Origin: Bdellovibrionota bacterium
GTDB taxonomy: Bacteria; Bdellovibrionota_C; UBA2361; CALJRW01
NCBI GenBank assembly: GCA_041740355.1
Contig: JBGSMD010000016.1
Coordinates: 32,001-96,000 of the forward strand
Reading direction: 5' to 3'
Length of the DNA stretch: 64,000 bases
Position 1 is the stretch's first letter. The number at the start of each line of letters is the position of its first letter. The notes under the pieces were generated by a model that made no database searches, had not been told where the DNA came from, and saw only the letters and a list, made by a program, of their open reading frames with translations. Shown piece by piece: positions 10,402 to 19,921 of this stretch. Made by a program: the position numbers and the translations under genes.

Positions 10402-11667
10402 TTAGTTGCTTTCTTTTAATTTGATCTTGACCTCTTGGGGGAGAGCAATCCATTGTTTTTTTATTTCTGTGGTATTTTTTAAGATTACTTGGAAGATCGT
10501 ATCCATGTCCCTTAAGTTTTTACTTTGACCTTGCTCATTAATCACCTTCAGCGACTGATGACTGTCTTCAACAAAGCGATCAACGCTAGAGATTTCTAAT
10601 AGATAATATTCCGGATCATAACCCAAATTCTTCACGGCATTTTTGGCCTCAGCTAAAATTGTTGGGTAATCTTGTGATGAGTCGATTCCAATAGTTTTAA
10701 ATAATCGACGGTTTAAAATTCGATCGGCTAAGTCTTTAACAATGGCGTCCTGACTCTCGGCCCAATGAATTAAATGATATCTCCACCAAGATTCACGCAT
10801 CGCAAAGATCGTCGCAATTGATAAATCAGCGGAAGTTTTAGAATTTAAAACAGCCTCCATAATTGGATCCGCAAAATAAGTTGTCCGATCAACTGACCGT
10901 AGGCGCTTGACTAAGATTGTTAGTAATTTATCCGCAGAAAGTAGTACCCGATGTTGGTAGATTTGCTTGTACATGGCATGACGCGATACAGCAAAGTGCA
11001 TCATGGAATCTAAGCGATTCTCTTCTAAGGCTAAAAAATTATTTTGATCGATTATAATGGAATTAATTATGGCACTGATATTATATTTGCCATAGGAAAC
11101 TCCAGCGAGAATGCTATCGGCAATACACCAATTACCTCGATCAACATTCCAACCACCACCAGAAATAATTTGCCAAGTCCAAGCTGGTAGGCTTGGATCT
11201 TCAGATAAAATCTGACAAACTTGTTTTGATAAGCTTGGACTAACTGCCGATAATATCTTTTGAATTGCTGAATCGGACTCAATTATTTTTAAAGCAATCT
11301 TTTCATGTTGATCTTTTTGGTTAGGATACCAAACTTTAAAGGCTGTGTGGGAACCAGGTGCTAGGTGACCAATATCATGTAAAAGGGAGGCTACGGCTAT
11401 TGCGGGGGCAAAGTCATTTGCTTGAGAAAAATCCCGCGCTAATTTTTTTAGTAAGCGACAAGCTAAGTGGGCGACTCCCAGGCTATGCCCAAACCTAGAA
11501 TGTTCTGAAAACATATAGACTAAACGAGTGTTTCCAGTTTGGCTAATATCTCGCAGTCTTTGAACCCAAGGGGTATCAATTAGTTCTAAAACAAGCTTTT
11601 CAGCCAAGATTTTGGAATCAAACTGTAATTCCTCGGTTACGACATCAGCAAAAGTGATTTTTGACAC
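10402..11667 (-). CDS. HD-domain phosphohydrolase (YdhJ/SAMHD1-like)
   Basis: [37 protein letters not shown] motifs. Confidence 0.88.
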   Translation of the reverse strand: MSKITFADVVTEELQFDSKILAEKLVLELIDTPWVQRLRDISQTGNTRLVYMFSEHSRFGHSLGVAHLACRLLKKLARDFSQANDFAPAIAVASLLHDIGHLAPGSHTAFKVWYPNQKDQHEKIALKIIESDSAIQKILSAVSPSLSKQVCQILSEDPSLPAWTWQIISGGGWNVDRGNWCIADSILAGVSYGKYNISAIINSIIIDQNNFLALEENRLDSMMHFAVSRHAMYKQIYQHRVLLSADKLLTILVKRLRSVDRTTYFADPIMEAVLNSKTSADLSIATIFAMRESWWRYHLIHWAESQDAIVKDLADRILNRRLFKTIGIDSSQDYPTILAEAKNAVKNLGYDPEYYLLEISSVDRFVEDSHQSLKVINEQGQSKNLRDMDTIFQVILKNTTEIKKQWIALPQEVKIKLKESN

Positions 11668-11959
11668 AAAAAAAGCTTAAAAGATTACTAAAAAGTGACG
11701 ATAGCTAACTGTAAGACAGTTGAGCTAAGAAAAAGAAGATACCGCTTAACCAGAGGATATTTGTGAAGTGAAATTCACTTATTTTTCAGGTTTATTCTGG
11801 ATCCCGAGTTCTTAGCGCAAGTATAGAGTATTTAATGTTAATTTTCAAAATTTCTTAAATCTGGAAGTAAATTGATTAGGTTTATCCATTTTAGGTGACT
11901 AAATTACTTAAGTGATAAAGATTATTATAGCTGAAAGATAAGAATAGAGGTGTTGTTGT

Positions 11960-12454
11960 ATGAATAATTCGAGATTTGATTCCCGTGGTTACGATATTAG
12001 TTATATCCGCAATGACTTAGCTTTTAAGAATTCTCCCGATCGAGATTTAGTCATTGCTCGGAGAACAGCTTTTGTGGCTCGTTTTATAGTCCTTCGAGAG
12101 ACGAAAAATAGCCATGCACATCGTGGAATTGAGCTAATGGAGTGGGATGAATTTACCACAGCAGAAGAACTAGCGGAACAGTTTCGAGCGGCCTTTTTAA
12201 AGAATCAGGATAATATTAAGCAGGTAGACCGAGATTTAAAGCGTTCTTTAGCTCATGGAAATAGAACCTTACAGTATTTTATAGCAGAGTATGTCAAAAG
12301 ATCTACGCTAAGCTTTGCCGATGCACTGGCTGATTATCATAAATCGAACCAACTTTTATTTGGAGAAGAGGAAAAACCTGCGAGTAGTGCTTGGGCTTCG
12401 GTAGATAGTATCCGTTATCGCAAAGAACAGATAGCAATCAATTCCAAAAAATAA
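11960..12454 (+). CDS. hypothetical cytoplasmic protein
   Basis: 164-aa ORF with upstream GAGG RBS; no recognised motif. Confidence 0.75.
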   Translation: MNNSRFDSRGYDISYIRNDLAFKNSPDRDLVIARRTAFVARFIVLRETKNSHAHRGIELMEWDEFTTAEELAEQFRAAFLKNQDNIKQVDRDLKRSLAHGNRTLQYFIAEYVKRSTLSFADALADYHKSNQLLFGEEEKPASSAWASVDSIRYRKEQIAINSKK

Positions 12455-12494
12455 TCAGTAGTTTAGCTTAAAGCAATTTTTAGATTTATTCTGG

Positions 12495-12986
12495 TTAAGC
12501 TACTAATTGCAAATGTGCAAATTGGTTTCCAACAATTTGTTCAATTTCTTCAATTAATGAGCCAATGGCATAAGCCCAGAGGTATTGACCAGAGCGATTA
12601 CCAGTAATTACTTCAGCAATTGATTCCTTGTCTTCGATTCGATGTTTTAGGAATAAACTCTTACCATCAGTAATTAACATCATATCTACTGGATTAGAGA
12701 TTAATTTTGGCATTCGTTTGCGCAGATAATCAATACCTTCGCGAAAACGATTTACTGGCAAACCTTCAGATTTCATTCTAAAAAGCCAGCAAAGCAAAAT
12801 TAGATCAGAATATGTATATTTATTTCTTCCACGACTACTAGATTGTCCAGTACATGGAACTAGGCTGGTACGAGCATAATAATTTAACAGAGCTAGTCCA
12901 ATTTTTTCTGTATTGCCAGTAAGTGAACGAAGAATTGATTGCACTTCCTTAGCAGTAAATTCTAAATCTCTAATTCTATACTTCAT
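12495..12986 (-). CDS. MerR-family HTH transcriptional regulator
   Basis: FTAKEV...LNYYARTSLV...GRNKYTYSDL...MKSEGLPV MerR-like wHTH pattern; start taken at ATG 12986. Confidence 0.7.
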   Translation of the reverse strand: MKYRIRDLEFTAKEVQSILRSLTGNTEKIGLALLNYYARTSLVPCTGQSSSRGRNKYTYSDLILLCWLFRMKSEGLPVNRFREGIDYLRKRMPKLISNPVDMMLITDGKSLFLKHRIEDKESIAEVITGNRSGQYLWAYAIGSLIEEIEQIVGNQFAHLQLVA

Positions 12987-13483
12987 GAAACTTCCTAGAA
13001 AATTTTTGCGCCTAGATCCAACATTCATTTAGACCCCATTGGATCTAATTTGTATTGTAAACGCAGTCTTTTATGAAAAAATGATTTTTCTAATAATCGT
13101 CGTTGAATACTAATCGAACGATATCAGAGCTTTGAACATCTTAGATAAATTAGACATTTCCTTGGTTCCTGTCAATTAGTGAAATACGGCTTCTGCCAGA
13201 TTAATTTTCCTTAATAAACTTTAGTAAACCATAATGAATAAGGTTTAAGTTTCATTTTCCGCTTTTCATTTTGATCAAATGAAAAGAACGGGGATTGAGC
13301 AAAATCCTGACCAAGACAGGTTTTGTAAATTGAGAAATACTACCTAAACCTAAGAAAATCAGCAGTTATTATTTGTTCTGTCTTCATCGGTCGAGACAAA
13401 TTTGCTCGCTACCTCACAGATTTGACTTGGCTAAAACCAAGATCGTGCGCGCCCTCCACAAATTTGATTTGCAAAGGACTTAG

Positions 13484-14202
13484 TTAAAGTTCTGCTTTGT
13501 GACTTAATCTTAAAAAAACAGGGACAGTACTAAACCCAATAATTGAATCAGATAATTTACCTTCTTGATAAAAATAATATTGAGTAGAGCTTCCACCATC
13601 TAGGTTTAGAGCGTCAAAGCAACCAATTTCTGTATCTAAAAGAATATCTTGCAAATCTGTAAAATTAATCACAGCATTCTTCGTGGTGATATAAATAATC
13701 AAGTCACGATTTTGATTTAGGCAGATGCCACTTCTTCTTTCCTCTTTTTCAGAATTTTTCATGGAAAGAATTTTACCATCTGCAAGAATCCTAGGTCCTG
13801 CTTGCAAAGCAAAATCAAGCGATGATAATCGAGCTAGGTTTAATTGATCCCGGTGCTTAATTGCTAAAAAATCATTTTTTTGATTAATACACCAGTTAAA
13901 ACACTTCCTCCCAGGTGCACTTTATTAAGGACGGCGCCTTTTTCTAATATAAGTCCTAGTGGATTAAAATCTGTATCGAAAAAACTAGCATTCATTAGTA
14001 ATTCCGTAGAACTGGGAGGATTATCTGTGGAAAAGGTCGGTAACTTGTTAATAGATAGATCAAATTTCTTTAAGTTGGTTTTATATAGAATTAATTTAGG
14101 GTGTTCAAGCTTCCATAAATCGTCCTCAAGGAGCTTCCATTCAGCAGCTTGTACAATATTGATTTGAAGGGAGAAAAGTATAAGGAGTAAGAAAATCTTC
14201 AC
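13484..14202 (-). pseudogene. phosphodiester glycosidase (NAGPA/DUF2233) family exported protein, split by a 1-nt frameshift
   Basis: 5' ORF has a signal peptide and MNASFFD..PLGL; 3' ORF has QAGPRIL, RRSGI, ALNLDGGSST. Adding one A to the A7 tract (T7 at 13875-13881) joins them as IKKNDFLAIKHRDQLNLARLSSLDFALQAGP. Confidence 0.75.
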
Positions 14203-14325
14203 TATGACACTATAAATTTAATGATCAAAAGGATCAAGTTATAGTAAAATATATTACTGTCTATTTTATCGATTAGGAAAAGAAATATTTTTCTTTTCTA
14301 AAAAAAATATGGCATAATATGTTTT

Positions 14326-14859
14326 ATGTCTTCTGATACTTTTAAAACAAAATTAGCAAAATTAATCCAAAAAAGTAGAAAGGCAATTAGGATCTATTCA
14401 ACCGTCGGACGAGATTCAATTGGTCGACCAAGTAAACCATATTCTGATATGCAACTTAAAGCATGGTATAATATCAATGAGGAGTTGCTCTTGTTTCTTC
14501 AGGATGTGACTACTAAGCTTCATTTAAGACAAGTAGCAACAGAGACCTTAAAATATGCTCAAAAGCTTTCAGCCCAGTTGCACCCTGAGCAAATTAGGCT
14601 TAATTCTGATCATCGCTTGTTGCTGCATTTTACTGAAGCTGGTGATTTCGTGAATTCTGCGAAATTAAGTCAAGAATTAATTGTTTTAAAAGCTAAGATT
14701 GAAGCAAAAAAGGCTGTTTTAAATGAACTGGAAGATTTATTATCTTCGGCGAATCTAAAACTTCCAGTTACTCATCAAATTAACCAAGATTCCCAGGACT
14801 CATTAAAGATCACAGAATCTAAAATTATCCCTTTTAGAACTAAAAAAATTGGAATATAA
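14326..14859 (+). CDS. hypothetical helical/coiled-coil protein
   Basis: 177-aa ORF ending in KIIPFR; no recognised family. Confidence 0.75.
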   Translation: MSSDTFKTKLAKLIQKSRKAIRIYSTVGRDSIGRPSKPYSDMQLKAWYNINEELLLFLQDVTTKLHLRQVATETLKYAQKLSAQLHPEQIRLNSDHRLLLHFTEAGDFVNSAKLSQELIVLKAKIEAKKAVLNELEDLLSSANLKLPVTHQINQDSQDSLKITESKIIPFRTKKIGI

Positions 14860-14898
14860 TCAATTTTTACTACAGTTTTAAACAAGCTTGTAACCAGT

Positions 14899-15010
14899 TT
14901 AGCCTTTAGCGAATCTCGAAAGAAAAACTAGAAAATTACTCACTGCCATTTGTACAGCTGCGTTTTTGATAAATTTTAATTCGACTATCGTTCTAAATCT
15001 AAACGCTTAG
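14899..15010 (+). repeat. RPE-like palindromic repeat, copy a
   Basis: Colinear similarity to 44345-44462 (ttagccttt-gcg-atctcgaaagaaaaa...gtaca-ctgcgttttt...aattcgac...aaacg-tta). Confidence 0.75.
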
Positions 15011-15067
15011 GCCTTGAAGGCCTTTCAGTCTTTGGCAGTTCTCTGAAAAAAATAAGGAATTAAGTTT

Positions 15068-15607
15068 ATGGTGTCCTACGAAGATATAGAAGTAATTTTT
15101 TCTAGAATTACAGAAAAATTTGATGATTCGATTCCAATTGGTGGTCGTTGTGAAAGTAGTGTCTATTATCATACTTCAGATTTATCTGAAGAAGATTTAG
15201 ATTGTTGTGCTGAATATGCGGTTGATCGTATTCGCAAAGTACTAAATACGCAGAATGCTGATGTTTTTCTGAAACTTCCATCTGAACATAGTTTCTTTGC
15301 CGAGCGACTTTACCAGATATATCGAGAGTATCTTCCAAATCCTGACGCACTGATTTTTGATACTTATAGTCCCACAGCCATTACCAATGGGATGGGAGAA
15401 AAGTATCGTGGACGTAATACGATTTTGATTAATGATGTAATTACTACGGCACGTTCTACTTTAGAGGCTCATAGTAAAGCTACCCTTAGGGGGATTCCCG
15501 TACTTTGTTGGGCAACGCTAATCGATCGGACTTTTGGTCCAGGACCCGTACCCGTCGTTTCGGCCTTTACTGGTGCGCCAGTTCGTGTTTTGACTAATAT
15601 TTCTTAG
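15068..15607 (+). CDS. type I phosphoribosyltransferase-like protein (PyrE-like, degenerate)
   Basis: ILINDVITTARST PRPP-loop-like motif, TLIDR, GGRCESSVYY. Confidence 0.7.
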   Translation: MVSYEDIEVIFSRITEKFDDSIPIGGRCESSVYYHTSDLSEEDLDCCAEYAVDRIRKVLNTQNADVFLKLPSEHSFFAERLYQIYREYLPNPDALIFDTYSPTAITNGMGEKYRGRNTILINDVITTARSTLEAHSKATLRGIPVLCWATLIDRTFGPGPVPVVSAFTGAPVRVLTNIS

Positions 15608-15626
15608 ATTTTGTAATAGCAACAAA

Positions 15627-15687
15627 TATAGTGAGTCCAAAAAATAAATTACTTTAAAAAACTAACGATTTTGCTTGGACTCACTAT
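15627..15687. repeat. TATAGT repeat family, single-hairpin variant
   Basis: atagtgagtccaa...ttggactcactat perfect 13-bp arms matching the module A end. Confidence 0.8.
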
Positions 15688-16137
15688 TTATGTTGTTTTT
15701 AGCTATGCAAACTTGGATAAAACCAAGATTTGCATTAGCCGTAATGACTCTGTTTAATTTACTAACGTAAATTATTTCTTGTCATTACTATATTTTTAAG
15801 TCATGAAAAATGCTTGTTCTGGCCCTGATAGATTTAGCAAAAATGGGGTGGGGGCGAGAGCTCCAAGTTTGAAAAGAACAAACAAAATTATATAGTAGCG
15901 ACCAAAGGGTTTAACCTCCGAAGCATAAGCGGAGAAGGAGTGAGCCAAAAGACAAAGAGTCAACCCAACAAAAATATAGTTGCGCGCTGGGTTACTAATC
16001 AATCGGGATGCATTGATAGAAGTCAATTAAAATTTGGCGATAGCTCCAAAGCTAGAATGTAATTTTAATGTAATTTATTTTTTGGGTTTACCATACATGG
16101 TCTTAAAATACTGTATTTCTTTTTTGGATTCACAATA

Positions 16138-18075
16138 ATGTCATCTGGCAGTAAAATTATTTCTAAAGCTTCATTATCAAGTGAGGAGATAGTTTTCTGT
16201 GAAGAATTACTAAGTAAACTTGGAATTCAAGGCGCCTTTCTTGGTGCCCTGAAAAGTTTCTACGGAGCGATTAGTCCGGTAATCCTCCAAGGGAAGCAAC
16301 TCAAAGTCTTGAAATTGACGACGCCAATTCCCTCTGCTGAGAAAATACTATTGTCACAATTAGATTCTCGTTATCAAGAATTAAATAAGTTTTATCCAGA
16401 ACAGATTAATCAATTTGGTACCATTGGGAAATATTTTTATTATTTGAGATCTTTTGAACGCAGCACTCTGCCAGATTATTTAGAAGAAATTTCAATTAAA
16501 GTTGCTGAAGCTAATTATTTTGTTACTAAAATTTTAAATTTAATTTTGGATTTAAAGCGGATAAATTTTCCTCATGGGCACATAAGTCTAAATAATTTAA
16601 TTATCGATGAGAAAAATTTGACGTTAGTTGATTTTGGATTTGCCTTTAGCAGTAGTAAAAGTCCCGGTGTTAAATTAACAGAGGGAACTTATTTAGCTCC
16701 CGAGAGTAATCGCACTTTAACGTCTGATTTTGCTACTGATATATATTCATTTGGTAAAATTATTAAGTTTCTATATCGAGGTCTACAGTGTCCGATACCT
16801 TTAGATTTACCCGACCTCATGTGCGATCCGGATCCCCGAAAACGCCCAAGTTTGATTGATGTAAATAATAAGATTACTGAGACTTTTACTCAGAAACGAA
16901 ATCAGACAGAGCACTGGAGTAAATCGGCAATTTTTAATAATGAGCTTGATCCTAGTAAATTGTATAAAGGCTATTTAAGTCCAGCAATTTTAGAACAAAT
17001 TCGGCAAGAATTCGCTAAGAGTATGATTCCGGCTCCTATTGCTCCCGCCATAGTCACTCCGCCAACTCCACCCCCAGTTGTTGCACCTGTAATCCAAAAT
17101 GAATTAGCAAGAATTGAAGTTAAAAAAAATGATCCAAACTTTATTCTTACTGCAATTGCAGTCGGAAGCTTGTTGTTGGTAATTTACGTATGGAGAACGT
17201 CTTCCTCGCCAGAGCCTACTAATGTTAATCCTAACAATCAGCAACAGTTCCAAAATAATAATCTAATCACGACTCCCAACACATTTATACCAGAACCAGT
17301 TAAAATGACCGTTCAGTTTTTGGAGCAAAATAAAATTAATCGACCCCAAGACTATCAGCAGATTTTATCAGATATATATAATGCCAATTATCAAAGTGGT
17401 AAGCTTACAGCCTTTATTAGTCCGATCGAAAATGTAGAGGCACAATTAATTAAAGTGCAGGCGCTAGTTTTGTTAGTGGCCAGTAATCCCAATTTATTGG
17501 ATCTGATTTATCAAGACCTTGAAGCCAATAAGATTTTAGTAAAATATATTCACTGGTTTAAATCAAATACAATATTGGACTGGAGAGAAGTGGCAAATCC
17601 CTTAAAGTTAATGATTCTATCGGGAAATATTCCAGAGACAACTTTACCTTTAGAGTTTTATTTTGATTTAGCAAAGCACTTTAACCCTCAAATCCAAAAA
17701 GCTACTCGTTTGCCACTGAATGCTAAGATTAACGGGGAAGAACAGAAAGAGTTTTATTTAGTTCTGCTGAATCAAATTGATCAATTTGATCGTAATAATT
17801 TAAATTTTCTAACTTTAGCTCTAACTAAAGAAAAGGATTTGCAGTTAGCCTTGATTTCCGAGTGGTTTGATAATACCAAGCCTAAAAATGAATTAGTCTT
17901 TAACTTAGTCCGTGCTCGTAAAAAGCCAGTGGAAGGGCAAGACTATTTTAGTTTTTATGCTGCAAGATATCTACGGGAATACTTGAGTACTTTACCGCTA
18001 GTGGAGTTAGAGAAATTAAAAAATCATCATGAAAAGCAATTGACAATTTTTTACCAAATAAAAAAGGGAGGCTAA
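16138..18075 (+). CDS. membrane-anchored Hanks-type Ser/Thr kinase-like protein (probable pseudokinase)
   Basis: VLKL, HGHISLNN (HRD Asp replaced), LVDFGF, GTYLAPE, DIYSFG, DPRKRP; Pro-rich linker, one TM helix (FILTAIAVGSLLLVIYVW), C-terminal extracytoplasmic domain. Confidence 0.8.
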   Translation: MSSGSKIISKASLSSEEIVFCEELLSKLGIQGAFLGALKSFYGAISPVILQGKQLKVLKLTTPIPSAEKILLSQLDSRYQELNKFYPEQINQFGTIGKYFYYLRSFERSTLPDYLEEISIKVAEANYFVTKILNLILDLKRINFPHGHISLNNLIIDEKNLTLVDFGFAFSSSKSPGVKLTEGTYLAPESNRTLTSDFATDIYSFGKIIKFLYRGLQCPIPLDLPDLMCDPDPRKRPSLIDVNNKITETFTQKRNQTEHWSKSAIFNNELDPSKLYKGYLSPAILEQIRQEFAKSMIPAPIAPAIVTPPTPPPVVAPVIQNELARIEVKKNDPNFILTAIAVGSLLLVIYVWRTSSSPEPTNVNPNNQQQFQNNNLITTPNTFIPEPVKMTVQFLEQNKINRPQDYQQILSDIYNANYQSGKLTAFISPIENVEAQLIKVQALVLLVASNPNLLDLIYQDLEANKILVKYIHWFKSNTILDWREVANPLKLMILSGNIPETTLPLEFYFDLAKHFNPQIQKATRLPLNAKINGEEQKEFYLVLLNQIDQFDRNNLNFLTLALTKEKDLQLALISEWFDNTKPKNELVFNLVRARKKPVEGQDYFSFYAARYLREYLSTLPLVELEKLKNHHEKQLTIFYQIKKGG

Positions 18076-18088
18076 AGCCTCCCTTTTT
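18061..18088. terminator. bidirectional intrinsic terminator between the kinase-like gene and the pilin gene
   Basis: aaaaagggaggc-taaa-gcctcccttttt perfect stem with A/T tracts on both sides, between convergent genes. Confidence 0.9.
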
Positions 18089-18112
18089 GTTTTTACTAGA
18101 ACGTTCCTTATT

Positions 18113-18565
18113 CTAGTTGGCTGGAGCCGTAATGTTAGTATTGGAACTAGTTTCACACTCATCCAGTATTGTAGTACCAAAGAAAGTATTAACTAATGAA
18201 CGTAGGATGAAGGCACCAATAGCCACTGCTAATAATCCTAAGGCAGCTTTATACTGTCCAAAGGCCGCACTGACGATTGCACCAATTCCAGCAATAATCA
18301 TAATTAAGGCACCGAAAGCACCCTCAATGAAATCTAGGATTGCACAAATAATTGCCTTAAATTGTCCTTGTTGAATTTCAAACTTTTTGGTTCCACCATC
18401 ACCAGCAGCAAGAACTAAGTCTGTAACTCCCAAGTTAATCAACATGACACCTAAAAATAGATAACAATACATTTTCGTATTATCACTAGGATTCTTTATA
18501 ATTGCGCCTAGCTTTTGGCTAGTAGCGAGATAATTTTTGTTTAATTTATTAATAATATTTTTCAT
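18113..18565 (-). CDS. traA: TraA/VirB2-like conjugative-type pilin precursor
   Basis: Long (~53-aa) leader ending VLA, mature start AGDGG, then two Gly/Ala-rich hydrophobic helices separated by GQYK; next to traX in the tra cluster. Confidence 0.7.
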   Translation of the reverse strand: MKNIINKLNKNYLATSQKLGAIIKNPSDNTKMYCYLFLGVMLINLGVTDLVLAAGDGGTKKFEIQQGQFKAIICAILDFIEGAFGALIMIIAGIGAIVSAAFGQYKAALGLLAVAIGAFILRSLVNTFFGTTILDECETSSNTNITAPAN

Positions 18566-18668
18566 TTTAAATTTACTATGTAAAATTTCGTTAAAGAATC
18601 ATAGTTTTTCTTTAACCCTTAGTTCCTACTCTAAACTTATTGTAAAGATCACTCAATTACTAGAATGA

Positions 18669-19373
18669 TCATTCTATTAACAAATGGATGATCACCAAGA
18701 GTATTAAATGTAAGGGGTAAAAGGCGTAAAAAAAATATTTATAGCGATTTATAAAATCTAATTTCCAAGGTGCTCTCCAGCAAAAATAAAAAATCACTGG
18801 CAAATAAGCAATAATAGCGACAAAGCTTACAAGTGAGTTATTTAAAAAATAACAAGAAATCAGGGTAAAAAGTGCGAAATCCAAGGTGCGATGGACTAAC
18901 AAGCTACTAATGGTTAGTCCAAAGATAATAGCAGGGGCGCCATAATCAAAGTAAAAGGGGACTTGAAATAAACGTAAACCTAAAAATAATAATATGATTA
19001 TAGAAACAATCCAATAGTAGTTCCAGGCAGATCGTTTAATCAGCGCTAAGCTAAAGTGTAATGTTAGTCCTAAAAATCCTAGTGTAAATAAAATATTAAG
19101 TAATAATGGATCATGAAACGCTAAGTAGAAGGGAAGTTGTGAAAGTACCGCAAATATGAATATACGTTTCAGATATTTAAAGGGATTTTTAGAATTATAT
19201 TGAAGATTTAAAACCAACAACAACACAAAGAGTGGCATTGCTATTCGTCCGAATTTTGTTCCGAATGAATCTGGTGAAAGATAAAGTATTTTAGTAACAT
19301 GATCGACGATCATGCTCGCTAGGGCCCAAAGCTTTAGGGCATTAAGATTGAGATTAATTTTCTGCTCTTTCAT
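18669..19373 (-). CDS. traX: TraX family protein (pilin N-acetylase-like)
   Basis: LKLWALASMIVDH, GRIAMPLF, KYLKRIFIFAVLSQLPF, NILFTL, DYG, KYFFYAFYPLHL motifs. Confidence 0.88.
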   Translation of the reverse strand: MKEQKINLNLNALKLWALASMIVDHVTKILYLSPDSFGTKFGRIAMPLFVLLLVLNLQYNSKNPFKYLKRIFIFAVLSQLPFYLAFHDPLLLNILFTLGFLGLTLHFSLALIKRSAWNYYWIVSIIILLFLGLRLFQVPFYFDYGAPAIIFGLTISSLLVHRTLDFALFTLISCYFLNNSLVSFVAIIAYLPVIFYFCWRAPWKLDFINRYKYFFYAFYPLHLILLVIIHLLIE

Positions 19374-19921
19374 TAACCTTCTGCTTCAACTAACAAGCCC
19401 GGAAAAATTTTAAGTGGATCCAAGGCTTTGCCATTTCTTCTAATTTCAAAATGAAGATGGGGACCGGTTGCTAAGCCAGTACTACCAACATAGGCAATAA
19501 TTGCTCCAGCTTTTACTTTTATCCCCGGCTTAACTATGTTTTTGGTATTATGCCCATAGTGACTAGATGTTCCATCAGGATGAAGAATGACGACGAGATT
19601 TCCATATCCCGCATGGGGATCAGAAAAGACTACGATACCATTGGCAATTGCTCTGATTGGAGATTCTTTAGGCGCTGCTAAATCGAGCCCATCATGGTGA
19701 CGAATGGCTTTGCTTACAGGGTGTTTTCTGGTACCAAAATTACTACTTAGTCGGGCATCCATTAAAGGATAAATGTAGGAAGTTTGGCCAGCACGATCTA
19801 GAGGCGGACCTTGAGATTCTAAATTAAAAGTAAAAAGCACGAGAACTATTAAGATCGGGCCACAGAAATTAAGAGTTGCCTTTAATAAGTTTAAGGGCTC
19901 TAGCTTCCACGTCATGATCAT
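19373..19921 (-). CDS. M23 family metallopeptidase
   Basis: SSNFGTRKHPV, HDGLD (HxxxD), GYGN, YGH, GSTGLATGPHLHFE; start uncertain. Confidence 0.92.
   Translation of the reverse strand: MIMTWKLEPLNLLKATLNFCGPILIVLVLFTFNLESQGPPLDRAGQTSYIYPLMDARLSSNFGTRKHPVSKAIRHHDGLDLAAPKESPIRAIANGIVVFSDPHAGYGNLVVILHPDGTSSHYGHNTKNIVKPGIKVKAGAIIAYVGSTGLATGPHLHFEIRRNGKALDPLKIFPGLLVEAEG

Noticed and set aside
11668-11959. FMN riboswitch upstream of the rib operon
   Set aside because: The conserved RFN motifs (AGGGCGGGGTGAAATTCCCGACCGGCGG-like) are not seen on the minus strand.
15796-16026. 76-aa minus-strand ORF
   Set aside because: TTG start without RBS and atypical composition; the region is better treated as a candidate ncRNA.
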